Assembly (NCBI GenBank): GCA_965112735.1
Contig: OZ218950.1
Location: 1,612,001 to 1,676,000, forward strand
Length of the DNA stretch: 64,000 bases
Source of the DNA: Phaeosaccion multiseriatum
Taxonomy: Eukaryota; Protista; Ochrophyta, other classes
Direction of reading: 5' to 3'
Shown here one piece after another: positions 13,040 to 24,883 of the stretch. The notes under the pieces were generated by a model. The model saw only the letters and a program-made list of their open reading frames with translations, was not told the DNA's origin and did no database searches. Position 1 is the first letter of the stretch. Every line of letters starts with the position of its first letter. The translations under genes and the position numbers were made by a program.

Positions 13040-15179
13040 TCAACAGCTAGCGCGAGTAAAGTCAAGTTTCCCCTCCTCCTTTTGGGGCACCTTGCCAACG
13101 GGTTCACTCTTGTCATGGAGTGTGATGTCAGTAAAGTGATGCTTCACAATCCCCTCATCATCACCATCATTGTCTTCGCGTGTGCGTCGCTCTTCGTACT
13201 CTCCTCCTCCTCGCTCAACAAGCTCAGTGAGTTGTTGTTGCTGCTGGTGATGAGAACCAGCAATGACGGAGGAGGACGAAGCAGGTGCGTAGAGAAAGAC
13301 GAGCACCAACATAAAGGAGTTGAGCAAACCATTTGTGAGAGCGAATGACAAGCTGCCGAAGTGGAAGGGCATATAGGCTTCGATGAAGAGAGCCCTGAAG
13401 ATCACGGCGCATGTGATGAGAGCGAGGAGCCACACCCCCTTGAGGGCCGCGCTGACGTGAGCGATTGCTACCCCTGACCGCACGGCAGCCATGGCCAGCC
13501 ACACGAGGAAGAGGGCGGCGAAGAAGCCCAGCGAGATCTGTGAGTGGGTGAGCGACCAATACGGCAAGCAAGGGAACGAAGAGAAGAGGAAGAGGTACGG
13601 AGGGAGATAGATGAGTGGAGGAGAGTGCAAGGGGTAGCGAGGAGGTGAAGTGGCGTAGCGTGACGGGAGCGGAGCAGGAGGGTAGTAGGAGCACAGGAGG
13701 AAAGTAGCAGGAGGGTAGTAGGAGCACAGGAGGAAAGTAGCAGGAGGGGAGGGGGCGAGAAGAGGGTAGCGAGAGGGTAGGAGAGGGCAGGAGACAAGGA
13801 CGAGAGGAGGGGAGAGTAGAGTAGAGAAGAGAAGACGAAGAGGAGAGACAGGAGGAGAGAGGAGAGGAGAGGAGCGGAGAGGAGAGAAGAGCAGACCCCC
13901 TACTTCCTCCTACCTGTCCCTAGCTACTACACCTCTCTTACCTCGCTCGCCTTGGCCCCATTGGAGCTCTCCTGAGAGAGGTCACGCTTCTCATAGAGGA
14001 TGGAAAAGGTCTCAATATGGGACACGAAGATGCAAAACGCCAACGTCTTGCTCAGGTATCCGCGGTAGGGGTGGGGGGCGTTGTGGGTGCGGGAGGAGCT
14101 GATGGCTTCGAAGAGATGGAGGCAGTACAGCAGGAGGAGGCAGAGGAAGGCCGAGACCAAGATTATGTGCAGAGTAGCGTAGCCCTTGTGATCGGAGCGG
14201 AAGATCTGTATAGAGTATAGAGTTTAGAGGAAAGAGAGGGAGGAAGCAACAAAAGGCGGATGGTCAAGGCATGGCGATAGCACACAGCCACACAGCCAGT
14301 CAATAGAGTTGGCATCAAGCGAATGAGCGAAGCTAACATGGGGACGGGAGGGGGGGGTATAGTCAGGCAGGCGGCGGGTGGGTGGGCGGGGCAAGCGCCT
14401 GAGCTTTGACTTGGGAGCGTTGTTGGCGGTAGGAAATGTGCTAGGCTGGGCTGGCAAAAGGAAGTTTCCAGTTTCCCTGCTGCACGGCCTCGCCTCATCT
14501 CGTCTCCTCTCGAACTCTCGCCTTCTTCTCGCTCCTTCTGCTGCTGCCATCCTTCCGTCACAACAGCGCCGACGGACAACGATATACTGACACGACGACA
14601 CACTTGCCTCTAGAGCATACAGGGGATTGTTGAAGAGCAGGAGCGCGGGCAGCAAGACGCATACCCAGCGCTGTTGCTTGGAGAGACTGATGTTCCACTC
14701 TCGTCCGTCCTGTCCCTCCTCCTGCTGCTTGTCTGCGCGCTTCAAGACTGAAGTGAAGAAGCCGAGGCGGGGGTGGAGCATGGCCACGAGTGTTACAAAG
14801 CAAAGACTCATGTACCACGCCATAAGGTGCCAGCTCCACTCCTCCATCACGTGCAGAGCGTCGAACTCGTGCTCCCAGCCGTCGCGAATGGGCCCTCGGA
14901 GGCCACTCACGCCTTGGGATAGTAGATGGAATGGGTGAGGTGTGGTGAGGGGGGGCGAGGGGGGTGGGAGACAACGGTGGCATGGCAGGCGGGGCGACAA
15001 GACGAAAGGCAAGGCAAGGGAAGATAGGAGGTAGTCAGTCGAGCGAGAGCCAAGCAAAGAAGCGCACAAGCAGCAAGGTGACGAGTGGGGGGGGGGGAGA
15101 GCGTACGCGAGAGACTGGCAATGAGACAGATGCTTGGATTGCCTGGCGCATATCAGCGCCAGCCAGCCGCGTACGCGCG

Positions 15180-15246
<67 letters not shown>

Positions 15247-15988
15247 TCAACAGCAGTGATTCCGTCCTCCTCCATGAGGCGCTGGAGTGGGGAGGACACA
15301 GTGATACGGTAGTAGTAGTGCGTAAAGTCCAGGTGGTGCTGACTCTCCAGGGTCTGCCACGAGCACCACTGTTTTCCCTTCCAGCATGTAACGGCACCAT
15401 CCACTTGTACACTCTCGTTGATGGGAGTGCAGTCAAAGCCCTCGTCTTCGCTGCCGAAGGGGCAGTCGAAGCACCCGTTGGGGCACAGACGGGTGGTAGC
15501 CAGGTCGCTGTTGCTGCCCCATGTGGAGATGGTGTAGGTGTTAGTGAAGTGGATCTCGCTGCCCTCGAAGAAGGAGGAGGCGGCGTTGTTCATACGGGTC
15601 TTGGTGTAGAGGACTTGGTGCCACTTGGTTACGCCCGACATAAGGAACTCCGCCTCAACGCTTGGCCCTGTCTCCACCCCCGTGGCAAGGGTGCTATCCA
15701 AATTGATCACCTTCGTTCGTTGATGTGTTGGGATGTGGAAATCACGTGGGAAAATAAAGCAGAACAGCGGAGGCGGAGTCGGTTCGCGTTGCCCGTCTGC
15801 CCACTCGTATATCATTGCCGCACCTGGGGGCCTGTCGCCCCGACGACGAGCCACAGCAGCGCGGAGAGCAAGTAGGCGAGGAGCACCGTCTTCGTGCCCT
15901 CAAACTTGTTGAATGGGGCGTATTCGATGCGAGAAGGTATCTCAAGCTTATCTTCCTTGATGGTCCGCGAACCGAGCCGTCCTGACAT
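13040..15988 (-). CDS. TMEM181: TMEM181-like (Wntless-related) multi-pass membrane protein
   Basis: ATG 15988; first TM helix ends in VGATGP; luminal Cys-rich domain; then QQRWVCVLLPALLLFNNPLY and GLLNSFMLVLVFLYAP, which resemble the TMEM181 signatures (EQKW..LL.LL.LYNDP; LLN.Y...L.FVYSP). Multi-exon GT-AG. Confidence 0.78.
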
Positions 15989-16128
15989 GATCGCCGCCGG
16001 GTGCCGCGCTTGCTTGTGTGATCAGCTGTGTGTGATTGTTCTGATTCAAGCTGCACGACGCTTCTTGATTCGGCCTTGTTGGGGCGTGTGTGTGACGCAG
16101 GGCGGGACAAGGAGACAGTACCTAGAGT

Positions 16129-16205
<77 letters not shown>

Positions 16206-17302
16206 GAAAGAGAAAGAAAGAGAACGAGAAAGAGAGAGAGAGGGGGGGGGGGGGGAGAGAGAGAGGGGGAGAGAGTGTGTGTGTGAGAGAGAGAGATGAG
16301 TGAGAGAGAGGAGAGGAGAGGAACTTCTAGCGCTAGCTAACATGGCGTCAAGTTTCGCTGCTGCTTATCGCGGGAATAGCCTCCGAGCCGAGCAATCAAG
16401 CACCATCCGGCAAGCCCAAAGGCCAAGAGCAAGCGCGGCTAGCGATCATAACCCACCTCGGTGTTAAGAACGGTAGTACTATACCTCTGTGCTCTGCCTC
16501 CCCCGAAAAAAATGGCATAAAATTAGCGCGAACATGGCGGGCCATCTGTGAATCACATACATACACACACGCGCGCACTAGCCACACCTAAGCCAACACA
16601 GGATGCAGTCTTAGTCCTTCTTCCCCTCTCGGCTTCTCTGTGATAGTACCCAAGAAGATCATTGGGAAGTCGTCTGTAGCCAGTGGTCCTCCCTCCCCCT
16701 CTCCCTCTCCCTCTCCCTCTCCCTCGTTCTCTACTTCTACGCTGAACCCTTGTGTAGCTAGGTATGGTCAGAGAGGACCCGAAAGGGGGAACACGATACA
16801 AGAAGAGCGTGGTGGGGGAGGTTCTCCCGTAACTGCGTCAATCAAGCGAACTTTCTTAGGTAGGTAGTATTTCTTGTGGAGGGAGGATTAACGAAAATAA
16901 GTAACTGGAGCGGCTATATTCACACACTTCCCAGATACCCGGCACCACGAAAGCCCTCACAGCTTCCGCTCCGACATGCCCCTCCTCGACGGGATGGCAC
17001 TGAACGGCAGGAGTGCCCAAGGACGAGGTTCCTGGTGCTCGCACCGCCGAGGAGCATCCAGGCTGTGACGTGCCGGCGGACCTCGACTCCCAGCCGAAGA
17101 CGCAGCGCCCACTCTACCAAGCCATCAGCAGTCGGCGTAGGGCATTGGTTTGATTTGCGCCTCCCACGCGTAGTGCATGCCTTGCTGGAGCACAAGGTGT
17201 GCACAACGATCAAGTACTTACTGTGTACCCCTCCTGCATCCCCTCTTGAACTTGGAGTCCCAGTCGGGTATGAAAGGGTCAGGCTGGCTCTCTTCGCGTT
17301 TC

Positions 17303-17497
17303 CGCTACCCTCCAACCCCCTTCACTCATATCCCTCCCACCTCTTCCTCTTCTCTTCATTCCGTTGCTTGCCGTGTAGGCTGGTTGCTCACCCCAGCCTA
17401 CAGTTCCCGCTTGGCGTGTTTGCCGCCCTCTTCCTCGCGTGGCTGGCCGTGCGGTCAGCCGTCGTAATCGCACGCCTCAGCGCGGCCATCAAGGGGG
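17303..17497 (+). pseudogene. Diverged inverted partial duplicate of the TMEM181-like last intron/exon junction (source about 13435-13639, - strand)
   Basis: ctcttcctcttctcttc..ttgcttgccgt...gccgccctcttcctcg.gtggctggcc...cagcgcggcc.tcaaggggg matches the reverse complement of 13435-13639. Peptide LGVFAALFLAWLAVRSAVVIARLSAAIKG vs LGFFAALFLVWLAMAAVRSGVAIAHVSAALKG. Confidence 0.85.
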
Positions 17498-17827
17498 CTC
17501 CTCCCTCAAAGCCCTTCCTCCTCGTCTCTGGTCCCTGCTTCCAAAATTGGTTCTGTTTTCTGTGTGGTACACCTCTCAATTCAGTTCGGGCGCGCCAAGT
17601 AAGCAAGTAGGGGTGCCTGAGGTACCTTCTTGCTCAATGCTCAGCACCAAGTCAACGAATGAATACGTGCTGAGCCTCAGGAGGTCTTCTCGCGCCCCCC
17701 CCCCTGGCATTCCCCCCCTGGAGAGCCTGCAGGATTGACGGACCGACGTGCTCCACGCACGCACACACACGAGCAGGCTGCCACCCTGGTCTGCTTTTCA
17801 TTTTGCCGTGGCGATCACTCCGAGCGC

Positions 17828-18723
17828 TTACTTCTTTTTCCTGCTGTTGTGTCCATCTTCGCTGCTGCTGGACGCTGCTTTCCGACTGAGGGTCAGAACT
17901 GCAACCATACACACGTAGGTAGAGAGACACACGAGGCACACGTCTCCGAGCTTCACCACGAGAATGTAGGCAAGGAAGACGGCCGCGAGCTTGGGTCGAG
18001 GGGGGTGGGAGGAGGAGACCAGGGGGAGAGGAAGGCAAGGGAGGCAGGGTCAGACGGAGGAACATGCCTCCAAGGAAATCATGCACATCGACAGCGCTCC
18101 AGGGTGGTGGGCGCAGGACTTACAGAGCATGGGATGGAGAGCCAGTAGACGAGCTTAGCTCGAGTTCGATACCCAACGAAGGGAGGGAAGACGGGATGGG
18201 CCACCACCAGGGAGAAGTACACGATACCTGTACATCGTTGGCGTCGGGGACGCGGGGGGGGAGGGGGCACAGGAGACAGATAGGGAAACACCTGGTATGA
18301 GAGAAGAGGTCAGCCTCGTTGGAGGTGTAGCTGTGTGGTGGGTGGGATGTTCAAGGGGTTGGAGAGCTACCGAGTTAGTGAAGGGTGCGAAACGAGGGGA
18401 TGCACAGCCAGCTGCAAGCGAGAGAGTTTTCGTTGAGGGAAGGGTCTGAGCAGATCAGACGGCCACCACTTACCGAGAGCGGCATTGGCCACATCCAAAG
18501 GATGGCCTTTCTCCACCACACCAAGCCCACTCAGTAGGTGCCCATACTCGCTCAGGAAGACCTTGCTACAGGAGATGTAGGAGTTCACATCGCACGCCGC
18601 ACGATAGCCCGGCGTCTCGCTGGCTGCATGCTCCACGTAGAGGGCATACATTGACAGCATGAGCCCGGCGACGCCCACATACTGCAGCTTGCGGGCCGTG
18701 GACATGCCTCTGCGCTCTCCCAT
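17828..18723 (-). CDS. VKORC1: Vitamin K epoxide reductase (VKORC1-like), stand-alone, 3 exons
   Basis: YALYVE...YRAACDVNSYISCSKVFLSEYG (loop cysteines), NAALG/IVYF, and AYILVVKLGDVCLVCLSTY (active-site CxxC); ends SRKKK* (dilysine ER-retrieval-like). Confidence 0.92.
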
Positions 18724-18883
18724 GATGAACGTGGACCTGCTCCGTAGTGGTTGCTCCACTCAAACCTTTGTACTTTCCTACACTCAATTATTGCTATTAC
18801 TATTAGCAAAGTGTGATCCTTCTAAGGCCAGAAAAAAGCCAAAGATGAAGCGCAAGAGCGGGTAAGGGCATAGAGTGCGCTGC

Positions 18884-20099
18884 ATGGCTCCAAACACTCG
18901 AAAGAAACGCGTGGAGGGAAGTGGTAACAGCGGCAGCGGCAAGAGCCTGACAGTCAGCGGTGGCAAAGGAAGCAAGGCGACCCCTCGCCATGGGAGCAAG
19001 AAAGACAGACAAACACACTTCTCAGGAAAGAATAGCAGTAGTAGCGGCGACAACAGCAGGGGCTGTAGCAGCAGCAGCAGCAGTGGTAGTAGTAGTAGGA
19101 GCCGCAGCAGGAAAGCGAGGTTGGTGACTCACGTCGAGTACTTCCTCTGGATCAACTCGATCACTCTGCTACTGGTACAGGCAATGGCTGTGTACCGAGG
19201 CTATCTGCTGGAGGTGTTTCCTCTGGTTTTTGCGGGAGGAGTAGTCTTACGGCGGCATGCTTCGACGGTGAGGCACAATAGTGCGGGCTGCTTCTGGCAG
19301 CTCCGCAACACGTGGGAAGCACTGGCCCTACTGCTGATACTGCTCGCCCGAGGAGGCGTGTGTGGCGTCGTGGCGTCCGTAGTCGCAAGCATGCCGATTC
19401 TAGTCTACCACTCTCTCGGGCTGGAGGAGAGAGTAGGCATTCGGCTCCGAGCTGGCGGTGCGGTAGAAATGCCCGCGCGGGTCGTGAGGGAGGGGCCCTT
19501 TGACTTGGGACAAATAGTGATGAGCATTGTGGGCAGCATTGCTAGTGCTGCAGGGGGGTCGAGAGGGGGCAGAGGAGGAGAGAGGTTGGGGGAGGCAACA
19601 ATAGGAGGAGGAGGTGGTGGTGGTGGAGGAGGAGGAGGAGCAGGAGGAGGGGGAGGAGAAGGCGGCTGGGGCGGCTGGGCGGCACAGCAGCTCTGGAGTG
19701 GTGCTCAGATGACGTCCACTAGTGCCAATGGTACGATTCGGAAGAAGGGCAAGAGGAGTGGTGGCGGTGGCCATCAACGAGGGGCATCGAAAGGGGCAGG
19801 GAAAGGGGGCTCGGGTGGCGGTGGAGCAGCCGCAGATGACAGTGAGGCGGGGGCGAAAGGTGACGGCTATCAACAAAGCCTGGACCTCTCCTTCCACTGC
19901 GAAGGGGAATGGCTGCTGGGAAGGGTGCTGGAGGTGGCCTTCTTCGTTGCCGCGATTCCCTTGTTGGAGACGTTGGTGGGGACGGGGCAGATTCACCTAA
20001 ACTACAGCAGGGTGCAGAGCGCTGGGCTGGTGGGGTATGGGGCGGTCTCGACGCTGCTGTTTGCGGCGCTGCGACTGCTGCTGGGTATGGATGACGAGC

Positions 20100-20133
<34 letters not shown>

Positions 20134-21487
20134 GGCACCCTCGCTTCCCACAGCACGTAGTAGCGGGGATACCAGTGACAACATCGACAACGGACACATT
20201 AGCGGCAGCAATAATAACCGCAGCAGCAGTAGTAGCAACGGCAACATCACGAGCACCAGCAGGGGCAGGGGTGGTGCGGACGGAACCTCAAGGCACGCTG
20301 GGACCCAATCGCCGGAGGAGGATACACTGAGAGAAGGGTTGGGGGGAGGAGGAGGAGGAGGAGGAGGAGGAGGAGCCACTGGTACTGCTGCCGCTGCGGA
20401 TGCGAGTACGGACACGGCGCGTGCGTATTGGCCGTGGGGGTTGCGCGGGGTGGAGGACGTGTATCGATGTCGAAGCCTTGACCCCCATGACAAAGCGTAC
20501 GGCAGGCTTGCCTTAGCCTTCGGTACGTGCATTTCGGCGGTGGAGGAGAAGAGGAGGGAAGAAGGGAATGGGAGTGTATATTGACTTATGGGAATCAACC
20601 TAAGAATTACGTAATTGTGTGTGTGTTGGGTGGGGTTGGGGGTTGCAGGAGGGGGGGGGGGGGGCGCTGTGGTGGAGTGCGGTCCTGTGTTTTCTTCCTT
20701 TGGGTGGCTTGGAGGGGTGGAGAGGTTTACGGATTGGTGGCTTCTTTCCCAGTGAGTCAACGCAAGAGCATGCGGGTGGGAGCGAGTGACAATCGAAAAG
20801 AGGAGGAGGAGGGTCATCGGTCTTCCCCCCCCCCTCCCCCCACGAAATGTCTTGCTCATCTGCTCTGTTCGTTTGTTGCGCTCTTTGCTTTTCCTCACCC
20901 TCTCTTTTGCGTTGCTTGTCCCCTTCCTTTCTTCCTTGCGTGCTTGCTTGCCCCCCCCGACACCCGACACCCGACTCACGGGGACCAACCCATACTCCCC
21001 CACCACACCCCAACCCACAACGATCACCCCCACCCCACATTACTCCAACACGCCCAACCCAACCCACGAACGGCACGACTCCAACGACCTCACTTCACTT
21101 CAAACATCTTCACTCCACTTCAATTATGACTTCACTTCAGGTATTTCGTCCTTCTATTTGGTACTCGTGGCAGCCCTCATTGCAGCCGTGTACTGGAGCG
21201 ATGACCACTGCTGGAGGTTCCTCCTGGCGTTGCTGTGGGTGGCGGTGGGTGGCCTCTTCGTCTTGCATGTAGGGGTTGGGGGAGTGGTGGAGGCTTGGGG
21301 CCAGCAAGAGCAGGTGGGAGCCGCCGTCAGTAGTGCTGCTGCTACTTCTACTGCTGCTGCTGCGGCGGCGGCGGCGGCTGCGGCTAGTACTGGTGCTCCT
21401 TCGCCCGATGGTAGTATTGCTGGTGGTGCTGCTTCGCCTTCTCCTGCGAGTAGCCCGGCGGCTGGCGAAGGCTTTGACCGCAAGTGA
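18884..21487 (+). CDS. Uncharacterised multi-pass membrane protein with Gly/Ser/Asp-rich loops, 2 exons
   Basis: Long open exon 18884-20522, GT-AG intron 20523-21140, exon 21141-21487 in frame; several hydrophobic helices (YFLWINSITLLLVQAMAVY, WEALALLLILL, VLEVAFFVAAIPLLE, FYLVLVAALIAAVYW, FLLALLWVAVGGLFVL). Confidence 0.7.
20581..20625 (+). mobile_element. 33-bp dispersed intronic element with (TG)n tail, copy A
   Basis: TTGACTTATGGGAATCAACCTAAGAATTACGTA; 31/33 identical to the copy at 57114-57146 (-). Confidence 0.7.
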
Positions 21488-22052
21488 AGCAAGCCAACTA
21501 GGCAGGGCAAGGCAAGCAGGCAGCGAAGTGGGTGGCAGAGTGGCAGCAGCAGCTTACCTCCTACACTAGTCAGTCCCGATAACAAGTAGGATTGATGGAA
21601 TTTGAAAGGCAAATTAGGGATGGACAACTTCTTGCTGCAATTGGGTGGTGGCAGAACAACATGTCAAAATTATTTTTTCTTCTCCTCATCAGTGCTTTCT
21701 TGTTTTGTTCTCTGGATAACGTGTGTATAAACGAGCCATGCAGACACTAAACAAAAAGAAGGGTGGCGAACAAGCCCCGAAGGTCTATCGTATCACCAAC
21801 TGCTGCTGGAAAGTAGGCCCGAGCAGCCCTCCACCCCGCGTGCTTGCTTACATGCTTACTCACTGGGGTAGAGACCGGTGTTACTCCCCGCCCCTCCCAC
21901 AGCCCGACTGGACCCCCAATCAATCCCGCCGGATCTGCTTGCCGCTCGGGCGTCGTCGTTTCGTCCGTCACCACCCCTGACCATGCCGTGTGCGTATCGC
22001 CTGTTGTGCCATCTCCCTCCCCCCCTCCTTCTCCTCCTCCTCCTCCTGCTCC

Positions 22053-22604
22053 TCACCAAGCCGTTGAGGTTGCCTGTTGTCTTTCTCCCTCCTCTTCCTC
22101 CTCATACTCCACCTCCACATAGGGGTGCGGGTGGCGCACCTTCTTTGCAGGCTTCTTTTTCTTTGACTTCTTCGGTGGTGCGGTCTTCGCCTTCTTGCTA
22201 CTACTGCTGCTGCCCTCCCCGCCCACCTCGCCCTCCTCTCCACTACTACTACTACTACTCTTCCTCTTCTTCCTTGACGGCTCATCTCCTCCGTCCTCCT
22301 CACTATCGTCGTCATCGTCTTCCTCGCCGTCATCCTCATCATCATCCTCGTCGCTATCCTCCTCCCCTTCTTCTTCACTCCCTGACTCGTCGTCCTCCGC
22401 TCCCCAGTAGCTTGATGCATCTGCCCAGGCCTCTGCTGCCTCCTCAATGTCGGACTCATCTTCGAAGTCACCCTCAACAAACTCAATCTCTCCACTCTCT
22501 ACCTCTTCCTCCTCCTCTTCCTCCTCCTGCTCTTGAGGGTCTTCGTACCCACCCTCCGCCTGAACATGCATCGGAAGCAAGAGAGAACCACACACACACA
22601 TACA

Positions 22605-22647
<43 letters not shown>

Positions 22648-24331
22648 GCACACACGGGCGAACAGAGGGAGGGATAGGACGGACAAGCAAAACATGAACA
22701 AAAGGCAAAAAAGAAGGAGCATATGCGTGAGGGCATGAGAGCAACCAACCACACTGGCCCGACAGCAAGCTCGCAAAGATTTCATCGAAAGCACAACAGG
22801 TTCCCCCACCGCCCCCTATCCCGCACCCTCTCTACCCTCTGCCCTCTCCTCCTCGTCCCTCCCTCCCCTCCCCTGCCCTCCCCTCTCCTGTCCCCTCTTC
22901 TACCTGTCTCACCTGCTCCAGTGCCTTTCCGTACTGAACCTCCGGGAAGTTGTAAATATCACCGTATGTGCCCTTCTTGAGTCGATCCAGAAGCTCAGCC
23001 TCGATGGTCTTCTCCATCTGAGCAGCCTTGAGGGCCTTCTCCTCTCTCCTCCCCTCCCGTACCTCGACCTTCTTGTTGATCGTCACCAGCTTGGGCTTCG
23101 CCTGTTGTTTTTCAAAAGTAGGTTTGATTCATTCAGTTCACGAGAGAGGCAGGGAAAGATTGGGGGTTTTCGGAAACAAAAGGTCCGCGTCAGATAGAGG
23201 GTAAGGCCAGTACGGTGCAATGAATATGAGCGATCCGACAGCAGAAGATGGAAAAGTACCAAAGCACATGGTACGCCAACGGCTACCACCACCCCCCACT
23301 GCCACACATCGCCTCAAAAGCCTCCCTCTGTCCCGTGGGTCCTCGCCTCTCCCTCCCTCCCTCGCCACACAGCGCACCTTGAGTTTTAACTTTCTCATCC
23401 GGATGAGGTATTGGTGAATCTTGGTGAGGCGCTGTTTGTTCTTGTGCTGTTGGAACTTGGGGAAGAACTGAAGCTGTTCCGACACCTGCTCCAATGCTTT
23501 GCTGTACGTGCGAGACAACTTAATCTTCTCCCACAGCTTGTTGGGCTGGTGCGCTCGCTCAATGGTCTTGACGTAGAGGAAGCATTCGCCATCGTGTTCC
23601 CTTGTGTTTGAGTGGGGGGGAGGGGGGGGGTAGCAAGGGTCGTGAGAATGGAGGCGGGAAGGGGGGGGGAGATAACACGTACACGGAGGGAGAATAAAGA
23701 CCCCGTGACTGGAGGACAGAGAGAGGGCAAGGAGATCTCCGCTTGTGAGGAAGGAAGTGGATAGTAGGTTGTATAATCTCCGTTTGCTTCCTGCCTACAC
23801 TTACTTGATTGTTGCATATCTAGAGTTGGCGAGAGGGCAGCTCTGTCTGTTGCACAGGCCAGAGACATTATATTCATTTCGGCAGAATGTCTACAACGGC
23901 AGGATGCGTCATAGGGAGGAAGGAAGGGGGAGAGGGAGGGAGGAGGCGTCAGTTCGATAGCCAGGGGGAGTTGCAAGGAAGCCGCCCAAAGCTCATCGGG
24001 GAGAGATTCAAGGGCCCGCGTGTTCGCTTGGAGAGGACAGACAGTGAAGCGGCCCTTCTAACAGTATACAGTACCCGGCCTTGGCCCCTGAAGCCCTGGT
24101 TCCTCCCTTCTGGGCAGCTGGAAGCCCCGACTTCGGGTCTTTCTCATCCATTGACGGCCCCGTCGCTGCCCTCCTCCTCCCCCGCCCTTCTCCGAAATGC
24201 GGCTGCAGCTCCGCCATACTTCCACACAAACATACACAGACACATACACACACCTGCTCTTTCCCGATCTTTGACTTGAAGGAGCAGAACTGGTGATTGA
24301 TGAGTTGCCATATCATCTCATCTTGCTGCAT
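22053..24331 (-). CDS. MAK16: Ribosome biogenesis protein MAK16
   Basis: [79 protein letters not shown]...[20 protein letters not shown], acidic tail and YVEVEYEEE; 5 exons. Confidence 0.97.
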
Positions 24332-24883
24332 CCTCTTGCGACCACTGCTTCCTCAGCTTTAGCTACACCTTAGAGACTAGAAACTCCCTGCTGACCGGCT
24401 AGCAGAGACCCTCCCCCTGTGAAGCAGCCCAGCAGCCTCTCCTGCAGCACCAAGTCTAGCCCCTCCCCCCCCTGAGCCACCTCCTCCTCCCCCTCTTGCT
24501 GCTGCAGCTGCTGGCGATGACTTGAGTTCGCCTGTACCTTCCTCCACCAGTGGTAGAGATTCCCCTACTTTTTGGAACTATTGACGGCAGGGAAGGGAAG
24601 CTGGGAAAGAGCAAGGGAGCAAAGAGGGTCAAAGAGGGGGTGGTGGAAGCCCCACACCAAAAAGCCTGCCCATATGCCTGCCGATCTGCCCATATGCCTG
24701 AAATCCATATCCCCTCCCCCTCTTCCTCTTTTTCTCTATTTCTCTACTTCAGCTTTCTCTGTAGCAAGACTGCTCCTGCAGCCCCTGCTCGCGGGCGTGA
24801 AGAAGAATCCCTGAAGGTTCCCTCCCCCATAAGGAGGGCGTTTAGTGAGGGTGAAGAGAGCAAGGGAAGCCGGGGGGGGGGGA

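Noticed and set aside
13674-13748. 33-bp tandem duplication in the TMEM181 intron as a mobile element
   Set aside because: Simple local two-copy tandem repeat with no copies noticed elsewhere in the window.
16342-16467. Short ATG-initiated ORF MASSFAAAYRG...
   Set aside because: 41 codons, no domain and no convincing downstream exon.
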